62,079 nucleotides of DNA from assembly GCA_010093995.1 (NCBI GenBank), contig ML992502.1, positions 570,738-632,816 of the forward strand. Direction: 5' to 3'. This DNA is from Elsinoe ampelina (taxonomy: Eukaryota). Each line of letters opens with the position of its first letter. The first letter of the stretch is position 1. The position numbers and the translations under genes are program-made. Below the pieces are notes generated by a model that worked only from the letters and a program-made list of their open reading frames with translations, did no database searches and had not been told where the DNA came from. This document shows, piece by piece, positions 11,369 to 23,136 of this stretch.

Positions 11369-11400
11369 GCACATGCAGCACAAAGCACATGCAGCTCGAA
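11369..11400 (-). promoter_or_regulatory. Tandem Ace1/AceA-like copper-response elements (putative)
   Basis: Direct 11-bp repeat GCACATGCAGC at 11369-11379 and 11385-11395. On the minus strand these read TTCGAGCTGC and TTTGTGCTGC, matching HTHNNGCTG (the following base is C rather than D). Confidence 0.4.
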
Positions 11401-12822
11401 TCCTGCTGCGGCGTGGGACGCGCGAGGGTGAGCACGGGGACCAATCGGGGTGTCCCTCGGGATGTGCGATGTAGGGCCGGGATCAGCGTACCGTGGGAGC
11501 GAGACTGCCACGAACGTACGGCTGTCACTGTCACTTTGCACGGGAGGTCACTCTGCTACGTAGTCACCGGACAGGGGAGCGGGGAATCGGGTGGACCGTA
11601 TCTTCGGGAGTGACTTGAGAGGCCGGCGCCGGAGGCTGGGCCTGGGAGGTGGTCATGGGATGGAGGGGGGCAGATAAGGGGATGTGTTGTGCAGGCAGGC
11701 AGGCAGGTCATCGGATGGAGGGAGGGGCGAGACAGACCGCAGTAAACTCTGCTTGTTTCCATGTGCGAAGCATCGAGTGGGCAGGTGAGGTCGGGAGGCG
11801 AGGGGGTCGTGCCGGTTTGGATTGTGGTTCGTGGAAGAGGTTCCAGGGATCCACTGGGGCCGACGAGGCGTGGTGGATCTGCTTTTGGCGCGGTGTGATG
11901 TGCCCCCGCGCCCAGAACGGTCGGACGTGGTTGTGGGCTTGCTGGCAGGAGCTGGGTCGGTGCTGATGTGGGATGGAGGAGGGAATGCATTTGGTAAGAG
12001 GTTGGATGGAAGAGATAGGGACTTGATTGTACAGGCACGTGGCGGGCGGTTTTGGAGGTGATTCTGGAAGGTGATGCTGGTGGTTGGCGAGGTGAACCAT
12101 GGTTCGTGAGCCAGTTGCCGGGCAGGGCCACTCAACCATCAGAGAACTTCACCGCTTGTTTGGCATGCTGAAGACTCGACCAGATCTTGCTGTTGTCTGC
12201 CGTCTGAAGATATATCATTTGCTTCAACGCGCAGGCATGTGATGGAGGCTCCGGACATGTATCGAGACCCGATGTTACCTGCTCAGACCCGACGACAGCC
12301 GTGCGTGGGAGAGTGCAACCCAAGGCGGAAGTCACCGACAGCACACTGAGCACAGTCAGCTGCGAGGTCGATCACTGAATGATCGGCTGTCCGAGACGAG
12401 CAAGACGAGCCTCGAACAGGCTCTCTCAGCTACGTGTGGGTGTGCGGCTATCAACAACGCCGCAGCATTGGCCGGCTTCAGCTCGTGACCTGTTGGAGAA
12501 GAGCTTCTCCAAATGCCGGGCACCTCGATTTCAGATCGTAGAGGTCATGACTATTATGCAAGGTTGAAGAGCTGTTCCTGCAGCTTGTGAGGAAGGCAAG
12601 TGATGATAGCTCGGAAGAAAGTACACCGAGTGTCGGAGAAGTATCACGTCGATGTACGGGAGAGCAGCTTTGGATAAGTCCCCCGAGCCGTGAGTCTTTC
12701 TCGATCATCTTCATTATCTGGCCTGCAGCTGAGTCGTACAAGACTCGGGTATATGTAGTAAGTATATATGTACAGTGAGGAGAAGGTGACACAGCATAAA
12801 TGAAAGGGAAATGCTGCTTCCT

Positions 12823-14784
12823 TCATGCTTTTGACGTGCCACCTGCCATGCAAGAGATCAGCTTCACCAGGACCTTGACACCTAGGCTCAGAACCCAGAC
12901 GATCGCTTCAAAAGAGAAGCCGAGCAATTTGAGTACACCTTTTGCCAAAGTCGGTAACTTGACGCTGTCGGTGTCCTTTTCTTGTGTGACAGTCACATTA
13001 ATGTTTGCGTCTTTGCTAGGTCTTCTGAACAACCCGCGTCTTTTCGTTGATCGGCAGCTGGAAGTGGTAGATCGAATCGAAGCGCACCTCCGAGGCTTAA
13101 CGGCTGCTCCCCTTGGTGTACTGGGTGGAGCAGCGAAGTAGGTGTGATAACCACCATTCTTGGGTCGGAAGCTCTCAGTCATGGCCACGGTGACGAGGGC
13201 GCATACGGCTGTATCAATCATGAAGGAGCTGCCCAAAGTGTTGAATGCGTCGACGTTGATCACCAACCCCTCCTTGTCGAGATTCAATGTGGCAAGATCG
13301 ACTGTGTAACCAGGACGGCTGGCTGGTCCACGAATAGTGATACTACCCCGCTGTGCTGGCTGCTGGCCTCTGTACGCCTTGGAACCCAAGTCGAAGAGGT
13401 TGTTTCGTCCCTGAACGGAAATGCTCAAGGGTCCTACGGTAGGATGCTGCAACTCGTAAAAGCCGCCAGACGAGGATGATGCATTACCAGGCATGCGATA
13501 GACCAGCGTTGCCTCTTCTGCCTCCTTGGCGCTCTGTACAGCGTCAAAGGCCAATTGTGCAGCCTGTGGTGACGTCGCATTAGGATCGAAGCGGGCGATG
13601 GTTCGTGCTTGCAGCGAATCGGCCACAGATTTGATGGCGCTCAGTGCGGCGACTTGTGGGAAGATTGAAGTGACACGAGATATGCCATTGTCGTGCTCTC
13701 CAGTGGTAAAGCCTTCGATTGGCAGCTTCGTATCCATTTGGGCGACTGGAAATGTGCCCTCTTCCTCAGGATGACACCGCTGAACGTTCAAGTCTCCGTT
13801 GAAGCTTTCGACTGATCCATGCATGGCGGTGCTCTGAGTAAGCTTGGTCATGTAGAGCTTGGTACCTGCGGCATCGACAACATCCATTTCGAGACCTGGT
13901 CTGGTAATACTCTTCTGTCCATTCTGCAACGTGCGGCAATTGATGTTGAAGTGCAAGCTTTTCAAGGCAGAGGTGGCGGAATCACCGTTGGCGAGATTCC
14001 AGAGATCAAGAGACTCATTCCGAGAAGCGATGGGTGGCAAGACTGGTTCTGATTGTACCTCAGGAACTTGGATGGCAAGTGGGCGGAGAAGTGGTCTCGG
14101 TTGTGGGAGAGGCATGCTTGAACTTCGTTCTGTGCCCTTGCTAATCTGCTGGCGTGGAATACCGGAATCTGGCACCTCTACAGGACGATATGCTTGCTGA
14201 CCGAGAGGCACACCAGGCTGAAGCTGTGGAAACATTGACTTCATTGGGTATGTCTGTTGAGGCGTATCGACACGCTCGGTCGCATCACTGTTCCGTCGTA
14301 CCAGAGTCGGACTATTCGACACGTTGGATCGTTGCGACAATGGAGACGCGCGCATCGCCTCCTGTCTGCGGAGACTGTCGGATGATCTTTGCATGCGGTG
14401 GGACGGGATTCTGTTCGGGGTTGAGAAGTGTGGTGACACCGGGCTTGGTGGTAGGCCATGCCGTGAGACTGGTGTCACGGGCGAATTATCGGCTACTGGT
14501 GATAATGGTTTATTCATGATTCCGGCTGGGATCGGTTGTGGAGCAACGGTAGGTGCCATCGAATACTTGACGTGGTTTGCAGCAGGATTGATGACAATAG
14601 GCGAGATGTCGGAGTAATCGTTGACCTCGAACGAGATGCCAGTCAGACCACAGCTTGCTGCTGCCATGAGCGACGATGAGTTTGGAGCTTGCTCGGGCTG
14701 TTTGCCATTGGCAGTTTGGACTCGAAGAGGTCTTCTTTGCTGGTCAACAGCTTGTGGGAACATGTGCAACGTGGTGGCAGCCAT
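12823..14784 (-). CDS. Hypothetical protein (Pro/Ser-rich N-terminus, hydrophobic C-terminal segment)
   Basis: Intronless 653-aa ORF with ATG in CACCATG context; no family recognised. Confidence 0.75.
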   Translation of the reverse strand: MAATTLHMFPQAVDQQRRPLRVQTANGKQPEQAPNSSSLMAAASCGLTGISFEVNDYSDISPIVINPAANHVKYSMAPTVAPQPIPAGIMNKPLSPVADNSPVTPVSRHGLPPSPVSPHFSTPNRIPSHRMQRSSDSLRRQEAMRASPLSQRSNVSNSPTLVRRNSDATERVDTPQQTYPMKSMFPQLQPGVPLGQQAYRPVEVPDSGIPRQQISKGTERSSSMPLPQPRPLLRPLAIQVPEVQSEPVLPPIASRNESLDLWNLANGDSATSALKSLHFNINCRTLQNGQKSITRPGLEMDVVDAAGTKLYMTKLTQSTAMHGSVESFNGDLNVQRCHPEEEGTFPVAQMDTKLPIEGFTTGEHDNGISRVTSIFPQVAALSAIKSVADSLQARTIARFDPNATSPQAAQLAFDAVQSAKEAEEATLVYRMPGNASSSSGGFYELQHPTVGPLSISVQGRNNLFDLGSKAYRGQQPAQRGSITIRGPASRPGYTVDLATLNLDKEGLVINVDAFNTLGSSFMIDTAVCALVTVAMTESFRPKNGGYHTYFAAPPSTPRGAAVKPRRCASIRSTTSSCRSTKRRGLFRRPSKDANINVTVTQEKDTDSVKLPTLAKGVLKLLGFSFEAIVWVLSLGVKVLVKLISCMAGGTSKA

Positions 14785-15559
14785 GGTGAAGAACGAATGA
14801 CTATGACTCTCTGTTGTAGGATGAGGTAGAGTGGACCGGAAGTCTTCTCAAAGGCTTCTGGGATTGAGCATGTTAAGAGAGCAGGTTACGCGCTGGGTGA
14901 TATGCACTATAGAGTAGGAGAAATGTCAATGGACTACCAAGACATGGGTCGACCTACCATCGTGCTCGTGGGTCACATTGACGCCGACATAGCACATCGC
15001 GTATGCAGTCGCCGCTACTATTGATCCGGTGGACAACAAGATTCGGAGAGGAGGTTGGTAGGAAATTTGGCTACTCAAGTATACCATTGGTCGAGTAAGC
15101 GCCGCCCAGGGATAGCGGCGTAGACCGCCACATTCCTACCGCCCTTGACCTGCAGCAAGACCACTAACATTGCTCTGTTCCGGAGTAACCCCTCCATCAA
15201 TTTGAAACGTTTCAGAAATGCTCAGAGCTTGACTGGGTGAATATGTCCGTTCGGCCAAGCTGGACCCGGGCACGTGACCTTTGATTGTTTCTTTCGAGTG
15301 GGGATGGCCAATGGTACTGAGGTCTCCCGATCTTATGGTACACACAATCTGTTCTTGGGCGATTGATATCGGATCTGATACCCTCTCATCACTGATTGAT
15401 GAAGTGAATGGAAGTGGAAGCGTGGAAGGGAGGATGGAAGAAACCGGGTCGGCCCAAGCTTTCACGGCCGAAGCTGCTGCTGCACCTTTGACTTGGAATT
15501 GCTTGACCTCGACCAATTGAGCGCAAACAACACCCTCAATTGCAGACCTACCTACTCCG

Positions 15560-17206
15560 ATGGCGACGGCAAGTGAAGACGATGTGTGTTGGGCTCTCTC
15601 TGAATTGACTTCCACGCTTACACAATGCAGGTCTTCGCGCGCCTATCGCAAAAGGTCGACCCGAAGGTGATTGATGCGAGGGAAAAAGATGTCGCCGCTC
15701 GCATCCAGACACAACAGGAGAAGGCGCAGGCGCGACAAGCGGAATTAGTACTTCTACCAGAACCTGACATGTCCGACAAGCAGCTGATCACTCGTCCAGG
15801 TTGGTCTGAATCTCTCCCGGCCAGTGACAATCTCTTCGGTTCGGGTGCTGGATGCTGTAAACACACGTCGAGGGTTTCTGGAGCGGGTCTTCGATCCGGT
15901 CTTGAGCAGCAATCAGAGCGGTCCCTATACATTTCAGGAGGCTTTGACGGAAATCAGTACCTCGGTGGACAAGCTCAATCGCTTCGGAATATTCAAACAA
16001 CCAATCTCGACCTTCCTCGACATCCCAGACAAGAGTGATCCTTCGACAACACCCACCGACCTCTCGGTAATTATAGCTGCACAAGAGCGAGGTCGGTACA
16101 CAATCAAGACAGGCACAGAAGCTGGTTCGGCCGAGGGCTCGGCATTTCTAGATGGTGTCCTGCGGAACCTCTTTGGAGGAGCAGAGTCTTTGAACGTACA
16201 CGCGTCCCTCGGCACTCGCACTCGATCTGCATATTCGGCATTCTTCGATACTCCAATTCTCAGCAACCCGGATTTGCGGTTCGAGATTGGTGGGCAGGCA
16301 AGCTCGACCCTGAAGAATTGGGCCAGCTACGAGGAAGTCATCAAAGGCGGTAGCAGTAGACTCAAATGGGCAACGTCACCGGGTAGTAGGCATGAGCTTG
16401 GATATACCGGCATGTGGAGGCAAATCACTGGACTGGCCGAGAAAGCGTCACCTTCTGTCCGAGCGGATGCCGGTGACAGCTTCAAATCGAGCATAACGCA
16501 CACGTGGACAAATGATCAACGAGATGCGCCAATGCTTCCATCGCGAGGCTACCTCCTCAAAACAATCTCCGAGCTGGCTGGCTTTGGGCCGCTCAAAGGT
16601 GACGTCTCATTTGCCAAGGTCCAGGCCGAATCTCAAATCGCCCTCCCCGTGCCTGTCCCAGGTCTGACCGGCGACAGCGGCATATCGTTCACAGCGGGTC
16701 TCAGAGGTGGTGTGCTCTACCCTCTTGCTCTTGGCGGGGGTAATGTCCCGGTCGAGTCTCGCATCAATGACCGTTTCCAACTTGGGGGACCAACTGATGT
16801 AAGAGGCTTTCGACTATCTGGCCTTGGGCCGCGAGATGGGCAGGATGCACTCGGCGGTGACGTCTTTGCCGCTGGCGGAGCAAGTCTCCTCCTCCCGTTC
16901 CCAACCATGGGCAAAGAAACTCCTCTCAGAATTCAAGCATTTGTCAACGGTGGACGACTGTTGGCTCTCAAAGACCTGGGGAAGGACAAAGAACGACAAT
17001 TGAACAATCAAGATGTTGCGGCAAGTGTCAAATCGACGATACAGGAATTGAGGAATGGCTTGCCGACATGCGCTGCTGGACTTGGGCTGGTCTATGCTCA
17101 TCCAGTTGCGCGCTTCGAGCTGAACTTCTCATTACCTCTCGTGATCCGCAAAGGAGAGGAGGGAAGAAAAGGTCTCAGCTTCGGAGTCGGTATCGATTTC
17201 TTGTAA
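15560..17206 (+). CDS. SAM50: Mitochondrial outer-membrane Omp85-family insertase Sam50/Tob55
   Basis: RNLFGGAESL, DRFQLGGPTDVRGF, ARFELNFSLPL, C-terminal beta-signal GLSFGVGIDFL. Introns 15584-15630 and 15748-15799 join the upstream exons in frame. Confidence 0.92.
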
Positions 17207-17668
17207 AATAGAGAGAGCGGATCCATTCCTCTCACACAGGCCATCAGTTTGCCAAGATATCCAGCATTCCGAACATACCTGCAACAACCTATCCACATCT
17301 CCGCTTGCAGCCGGGCTCTATTCAATGGATCTTGTCCTTGTCCGATGATGCAGCAAATTCTCCGATCAGTTTCACATGTTGTGCCACATGTCTGATATGG
17401 CATCTTGAGCCGTTTGCAATGTAAGTCAACCACGGTCAAAGAAAATTGGGCCAATTATTTGTTGTTGTAGATGCCTTCGGGCAGGCCCACGCGAAGTGGC
17501 AGTCGCATTTCCCATGTTCGTCACCACCACGTTGCCAGAAAGCCATGTCGCCTCGAAAGCCAGTGTCTTTGTTCTGGCTCAGAACGAACACCATTCCACC
17601 GGTTTGAGCAACCTCACGTCGATCATGGCCGATCCAGCAGCCTGGTAGAATGTACATAAGCTATTCGC

Positions 17669-18733
17669 TTGCAGCCATACCCTTGCAGATCCACCCCTTC
17701 CTGCCACGCTACCCACTTTGGTCGCAGCAACATGCATCACGCAAGCAGATCACTGAATTGGAGTCAGAGAATCGCGTTGATCAGGCACACACTCCACGCC
17801 GCAGTCCGAAGCGGTGACTTCACCTTCTTCAAGACCCTGCAAGCTCAAGGATTTCTGGAAGGCATCAACTATGTTGGCATCCTGACGACTTCTCTGGGAG
17901 ACGATGCAGATGGCCTCATCACCGCCCTTGACGACCTGAACGCTGTCATCGCTACAATTTACGAAGATGCATTCAAGACCATCTACACGAAATGGAAACA
18001 CCTCATGTCAGAGTCTCGTGATCCGAATATCAACGAAGCCCGCTCCAATCTGTACGTCGACTCCTGCATGCAGCTTCAAATCGCCGATATGGCCATCGAT
18101 AAGACCACAAACAGCGCCATCGCCTTGATTGAGTCGCAGCCAGCCCATGTGCAAGAGACTGCAGCTTCAGTCTGGATAGCAGGGGTAGCGATCGTAGCCG
18201 ATGCGATTGAGATATGTCTGCTGCACATGAAGAGTCTTGACAAGGGTGCCGACGACTTTGTTCGCATGGAGAACAGCTGGAGCACAGTCGCCACCTCGGT
18301 GGGATGCGCCATCACCGCCCTGCGGGGCATCTACAATCTCATGGATTCCTCAGCATCCGAATCAGCGAGCGAGTATTCTTCATCCCGCGCTGGTTCCTTC
18401 TCCGCCGCCTCTGCCGCTTCTGGTGTCTTCCGCAGACTGAGTAATGCTTTCGCCCCACTTAGTCCGGCCCAAAGCAGGAATGGCAGTTTCGTATGCAAAG
18501 ACTCAGCTTTGAGTGGTCGAAGTGGCAGTCTGCCTCCCGATCATCGCTACGGAACAAACCTCCGTAATAGCGTCAGTAGCGCTGTTCCCAGCTTGAACGA
18601 CAAGATCTTCTTTCAGCATACTAGTCTGGATCCAATTCCACCTACGCCCGGACCTAGTGAAGGCACCAACCCGTTTGACAGAGAAGTGGACATCTCGCCT
18701 ACAGAGACCATGAGAGATGTGATAATGGCTTGA
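17669..18733 (+). CDS. Hypothetical helical protein; 5' end uncertain (likely an upstream exon)
   Basis: 354-codon open frame with coding-like composition; no family recognised. Confidence 0.6.
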   Translation: MQPYPCRSTPSCHATHFGRSNMHHASRSLNWSQRIALIRHTLHAAVRSGDFTFFKTLQAQGFLEGINYVGILTTSLGDDADGLITALDDLNAVIATIYEDAFKTIYTKWKHLMSESRDPNINEARSNLYVDSCMQLQIADMAIDKTTNSAIALIESQPAHVQETAASVWIAGVAIVADAIEICLLHMKSLDKGADDFVRMENSWSTVATSVGCAITALRGIYNLMDSSASESASEYSSSRAGSFSAASAASGVFRRLSNAFAPLSPAQSRNGSFVCKDSALSGRSGSLPPDHRYGTNLRNSVSSAVPSLNDKIFFQHTSLDPIPPTPGPSEGTNPFDREVDISPTETMRDVIMA

Positions 18734-19016
18734 AATTTCGCTGGGAGCGAACGAATATGTAGAAGGCAGATGCAGTAATGTCAATATTGCGGACGAACCT
18801 ACTGAATTTACCCCTGACTCGGCTGCATGTGAACAAACGTCACCCTTACCAGATTTATATTTTGCCTCGCAATGTCCCACATCACATATACTCACACTCA
18901 CGAGGTGTGAAATATCTTGTTTCTCTTGTCTAGATCTCTAGAATCATGACCAGTCCCTGAATGGCGAATTGAAAATAACGGACGGTCAGAGTTTCATTGA
19001 TCGCCTCACACCAGCA

Positions 19017-19933
19017 ATGGCCGAAACGGAGTCTCCCCCATCGGAACCATTCATCTCACATCGAGACTACATCCACTGGGTAAGGAACCTTTGGTCAAAC
19101 TTTCACGAACCATACTAACCGACATCCACAGTCATCAGACCCAACCGCCTCCGAACCCACCTCTACCCTAGTCCTCACCACCCGCACCCGCCGCTTCATC
19201 GACATCCGCATCCACAAACCCAAACCAGGCGAGCCCGACCTGCCCAACGAAGGTCCTCCCCCTTCCCCTCCGCCTTCACTCCGAGCACACCACTAACCAC
19301 TCCACAGGCGGCCCCCTCTCCCGCCTCCAATGGTCCTTCGCCGGGCGCGCGCACACCTCCCTCCGCCCCGCCCCCCGCGGCTTCCCCTTACCGACGTCCA
19401 CGATCCTCCACTGCACCTGGCACCACTGGATCGACTCCCACGCCCCGGCCTATCGCGACACCGACGTCTCGGACTCGGGCGACCTTTTCCCGCAACCTGA
19501 CGGGCGCACGTTGGAGAAAGGGACGATGTGCAACCCTGCTACTGGGAGGGAGGAGGGGTACGAGGAGATGTGGCGCGATGAGGACGTGAGTCCCGTGGGC
19601 AAGGAGGGGGGGAAGAAGGCGGTGGTGTTGGAGTTGAGCGAGAGGGATGGGGAGGGGAGGGAGTGGGCGCGGGGCATGGTGGTGAGGGTGGGGAGGTGGG
19701 CGCAGGGGATGGTGAAGGTTGTGGTTAGAGGGGAGGGAGAGGTGGGGAAGGAGGCGACGGAGGTTAGTTGTGAGAGGTGGGAGTGGAACGAGGGGAAGGG
19801 GTGGGAGAGGAAGGTCAAGGTGGGGAGGTTGTGGTTGCCTTGTTGTGTGGCGTGGGAGGAGGGCGTCGAGGTGGGGAAGGAGGTGAGGTACGGGGAGTGG
19901 AGGTGGGTGGTGAGGGAGGTGGATGTTTGGTGA
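19017..19933 (+). CDS. HRI1: HRI1-family protein
   Basis: SEPTSTLVLT..RRFIDIRI, LQWSFAG, WHHWIDS, LEKGTMCNPATG..YEEMWRD. Introns 19080-19131 and about 19254-19307. Confidence 0.8.
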
Positions 19934-21583
19934 TCTCTGACGGGGAAGGTGAGGTGCATGCGATATATAGGGCGCCGCAAGGCAGATGTGGGATGATCGA
20001 AGCGTGGTTTTATGGTGAGTAGCTGTGTCTCGTTAGGCGCTCTGCGACTATTACCACTCTATTGTGTAGATATATAGACAAAAAGACAAGCAAGACAACT
20101 ACATTCTCAGCTATCTACTTGTTGGTCCTCCGTCAGTACTACCCTACGTGTGACCCAGCCTTCACTAGTAGGTGGCGGAGTGTGCCCTCAAACCGGCAAA
20201 AAATTCGCTGCTGTAATCCGCCGTACTCACCTTTTACTTACCGCTTACTCACCTCTTGTTGTTCGTGGCGTGGTTCGAACTCCTGACTGTTGGCAAGCGA
20301 ATCCAAACTGGGCACATGTGCTTCGTTTGATTGGCGACACTTGATCTTTGGCCGCTAGGCTACTCGACCTGTCTGAGCGTATGGGCGGCGAGCTGGATAT
20401 ATGTACCTCTATCTTTTGGATCATGGCACATGCGCTGTGAGAATGGGCCGGTGAGGCTGAGGTGAGGTTGGAGGATCACACTGCCAGTTCAGCTGAAGGT
20501 TGTAAGCATTCTTGGTGATGCGTCGTCGCGTCTCCTTGTTCGCTTGCGTTGTTTGGGTCAGTGTCACTTCCTTTGTCCATGTCTTACCCTTGAGTAAATC
20601 GTAGCATTATGAATAGGAGAAATGAGAACGTCCTCGACAGTTGTAAGCACTATTCCCCGTTCCAGCCACCACCACATACTTTTCACCGTACTTGCACAGC
20701 CAAAAGTGAACGATGTATGAAGCAGATGGAAGAAGCATCAACGCTAGCTACAAAGTGTGATGTATTGAATATGAAGTCGTACCACATGCTCGATATAGAT
20801 TCAAATATATACCAACCTCTGTCGAATGTCGTCTCACGCAAAGGTTCATCTGTGTTATCTGCGGTTACCACTGGACCGCTGTGCGACCCAGTGTGACCGT
20901 ATGAGGATGCCTCCTATATGTGATCCTTGTGTTCATGTTCCCGAGCTGCTCCATCATTTCGTGCCTGTCCGTCAATCATCGAGGATAGTATTCAGACTTT
21001 ACCAAAGCGCTGTGTGAGTCTTCATCACGACCATCTCCGACCAGCATTCGAGATGCTGCGCAGTGTACCGATGGGTCGGAGGCAAAAGAATGTCCGTATA
21101 CACATCTGTCACTCATTCTCTGTACCGTCACAATCATGTTCTCACGTGTCCAGGCATAGCTTCCTCCGACAGCATGCATATCTCGTTATGATCATGCTCA
21201 GGAGGTAACGATAACAGCGACAGTCGACAGGTCGTTGGTCAAATGATGAGTAGAGGACTCTGTCGTGGAACACAGATAGCTATGAGGCTTGACATCAACT
21301 TTCAGATCTTGATGTCGTTCCCTCTGATCTGAGAGTTGACCTTGATGTGTGGTTCCAAATCGCCGAGCAGACGCAGGAACGCTATACCCCTTTTGGAAGA
21401 CGACCTGGAGCTTCCACGTCCTCTACAACTGACATTACTGCCTAACAAAATAGAATAACACACTGTCGAATCACAGCCATAATCTCTACACCACATTGTG
21501 CGCATCTAAGATAGATCAATCGTGAACGACACAACGACACAACAACACAACAATCTAGGACACCAAATCACACGCCGGCCAGG

Positions 21584-22635
21584 ATGGCCTACTACAACCA
21601 GCAGCAGCCTGGCTACGGGGGCTCATCAGCGCAGAATCTCCAATTTTTCCCTACATCATACAGCACACAACCAGTCAGTGGACACAGCACACCCTTTCAA
21701 GCACAATACAATACCGGAGCACAATCCAGTGCATATGGCGGGTCGAGCTTCGGTACGAGCTTCGGAGCAGCACCAGGGGTTTCGGGGCGCATGGGCGAAC
21801 AAGGAGGACTGAGGACAGGATGGTTGGCGGCATTTGGCACAGAAGGCTACGAGGGTGAGCCTCCATTATTGGAAGAGCTAGGAGTCAATTTCGAGCACAT
21901 CAAGGTCAAGGTACGTTATTGTGTCATTTGAGGCAGGGGAAGTACCTGGACTTTGGTGTTCCATAGCGACACCCATCACTTCAGCATGGGTAGAGAACAT
22001 GCGGACACGATCACTGACTGGCATCAGACCGTCACAGTCCTCAATCCACTCGCCCGGATAGACGCGCACATCATGGACGATTCGGATCTTGCAGGACCTA
22101 TTCTCTTCTTTCTCCTTTTCGGAACGTTTCTCCTCCTGGTAAGTCACTCCTGTATCCTGTACACAACAATTACTGACGGCTCTAGTCTGGCAAGCTTCAC
22201 TTTGGCTACATTTACGGCCTTGCCGCACTCGGATCCATTTCGCTCCACTGGATTCTCTCACTCATGTCTCCTCCACTCACGCCCGACAGCGCTGGACCAC
22301 AAGACCCACATGCTCAAGGCGGCCACTTTTCACAAACTCTCACGATATGGCGCTCCGCCTCGGTATTAGGCTATTGTCTCCTTCCGCTCGTCCTGACCTC
22401 ATTCGTTGGCATCGCCGTGCCTCTGGATACAGTGTACGGATACATCCTCACGAGTTCGGCGATAACTTGGTGTACGTATAGCAGTAGCGCCATGTTCTGC
22501 GCGGTTGGAAGGATGACAGGCATGCGAGGGCTGGTTGCTTATCCTCTTGCTCTGTTCTACGTGGGATTTGGGATCATGGCCATTTTCAGCAGCAGAGGGA
22601 CAGGAAGTTTGGCGGCGATGAAGGCTGGAATATGA
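21584..22635 (+). CDS. YIP1: ER-Golgi trafficking protein Yip1
   Basis: GYEGEPPLLEELGVNFEHI, DSDLAGP, SASVLGYCLLPL, LVAYPLALFY; two introns (about 21911-22028 and 22139-22184). Confidence 0.92.
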
Positions 22636-23136
22636 GAAGCATGATCGTAACCAGTTGACGAATTATCAATGCAACAAGGCCGGTCCGCAGGATCAGTACG
22701 CTTATTGCACAAAAGCGCGGCGCAAGAGGAAAGGTACCTGTACTTTGCAGGACACATTCAGAGCCGGCAGAGAGGTGCTATGCATAGTGATCTCGGCGTT
22801 GTGAGACACATGCTGTATGGCCTTGAATCTAAGGTCCCACGGGCTCTACAGCACGTGCTATTGTAGAATTCAATAATGTCACAAAGCTGAGCTCAAAGGC
22901 ATTACATAACGCAGCTCTCCCAAACGGTCAAACCCCCAGATCACATCATGCTATTATGAGTGCCTCGACTCGTGGGCGAGATTGGACGAGCATGGCGATT
23001 TTGCCAACGGCATGCATTAGGAACTACACAATTCCACCTCTGTAGGCTCATCGCCTCGTACTGTGTGGGTATCCGACAAACGAACGTCAGCGCATACTGC
23101 GCGCCACCCACATCCCCTCCGCACCTCAAGCTCCAC

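Noticed and set aside
19980..21500. Possible degenerate gene in the HRI1-YIP1 interval
   Set aside because: Only short ORFs with no family resemblance; no consistent exon chain could be built.
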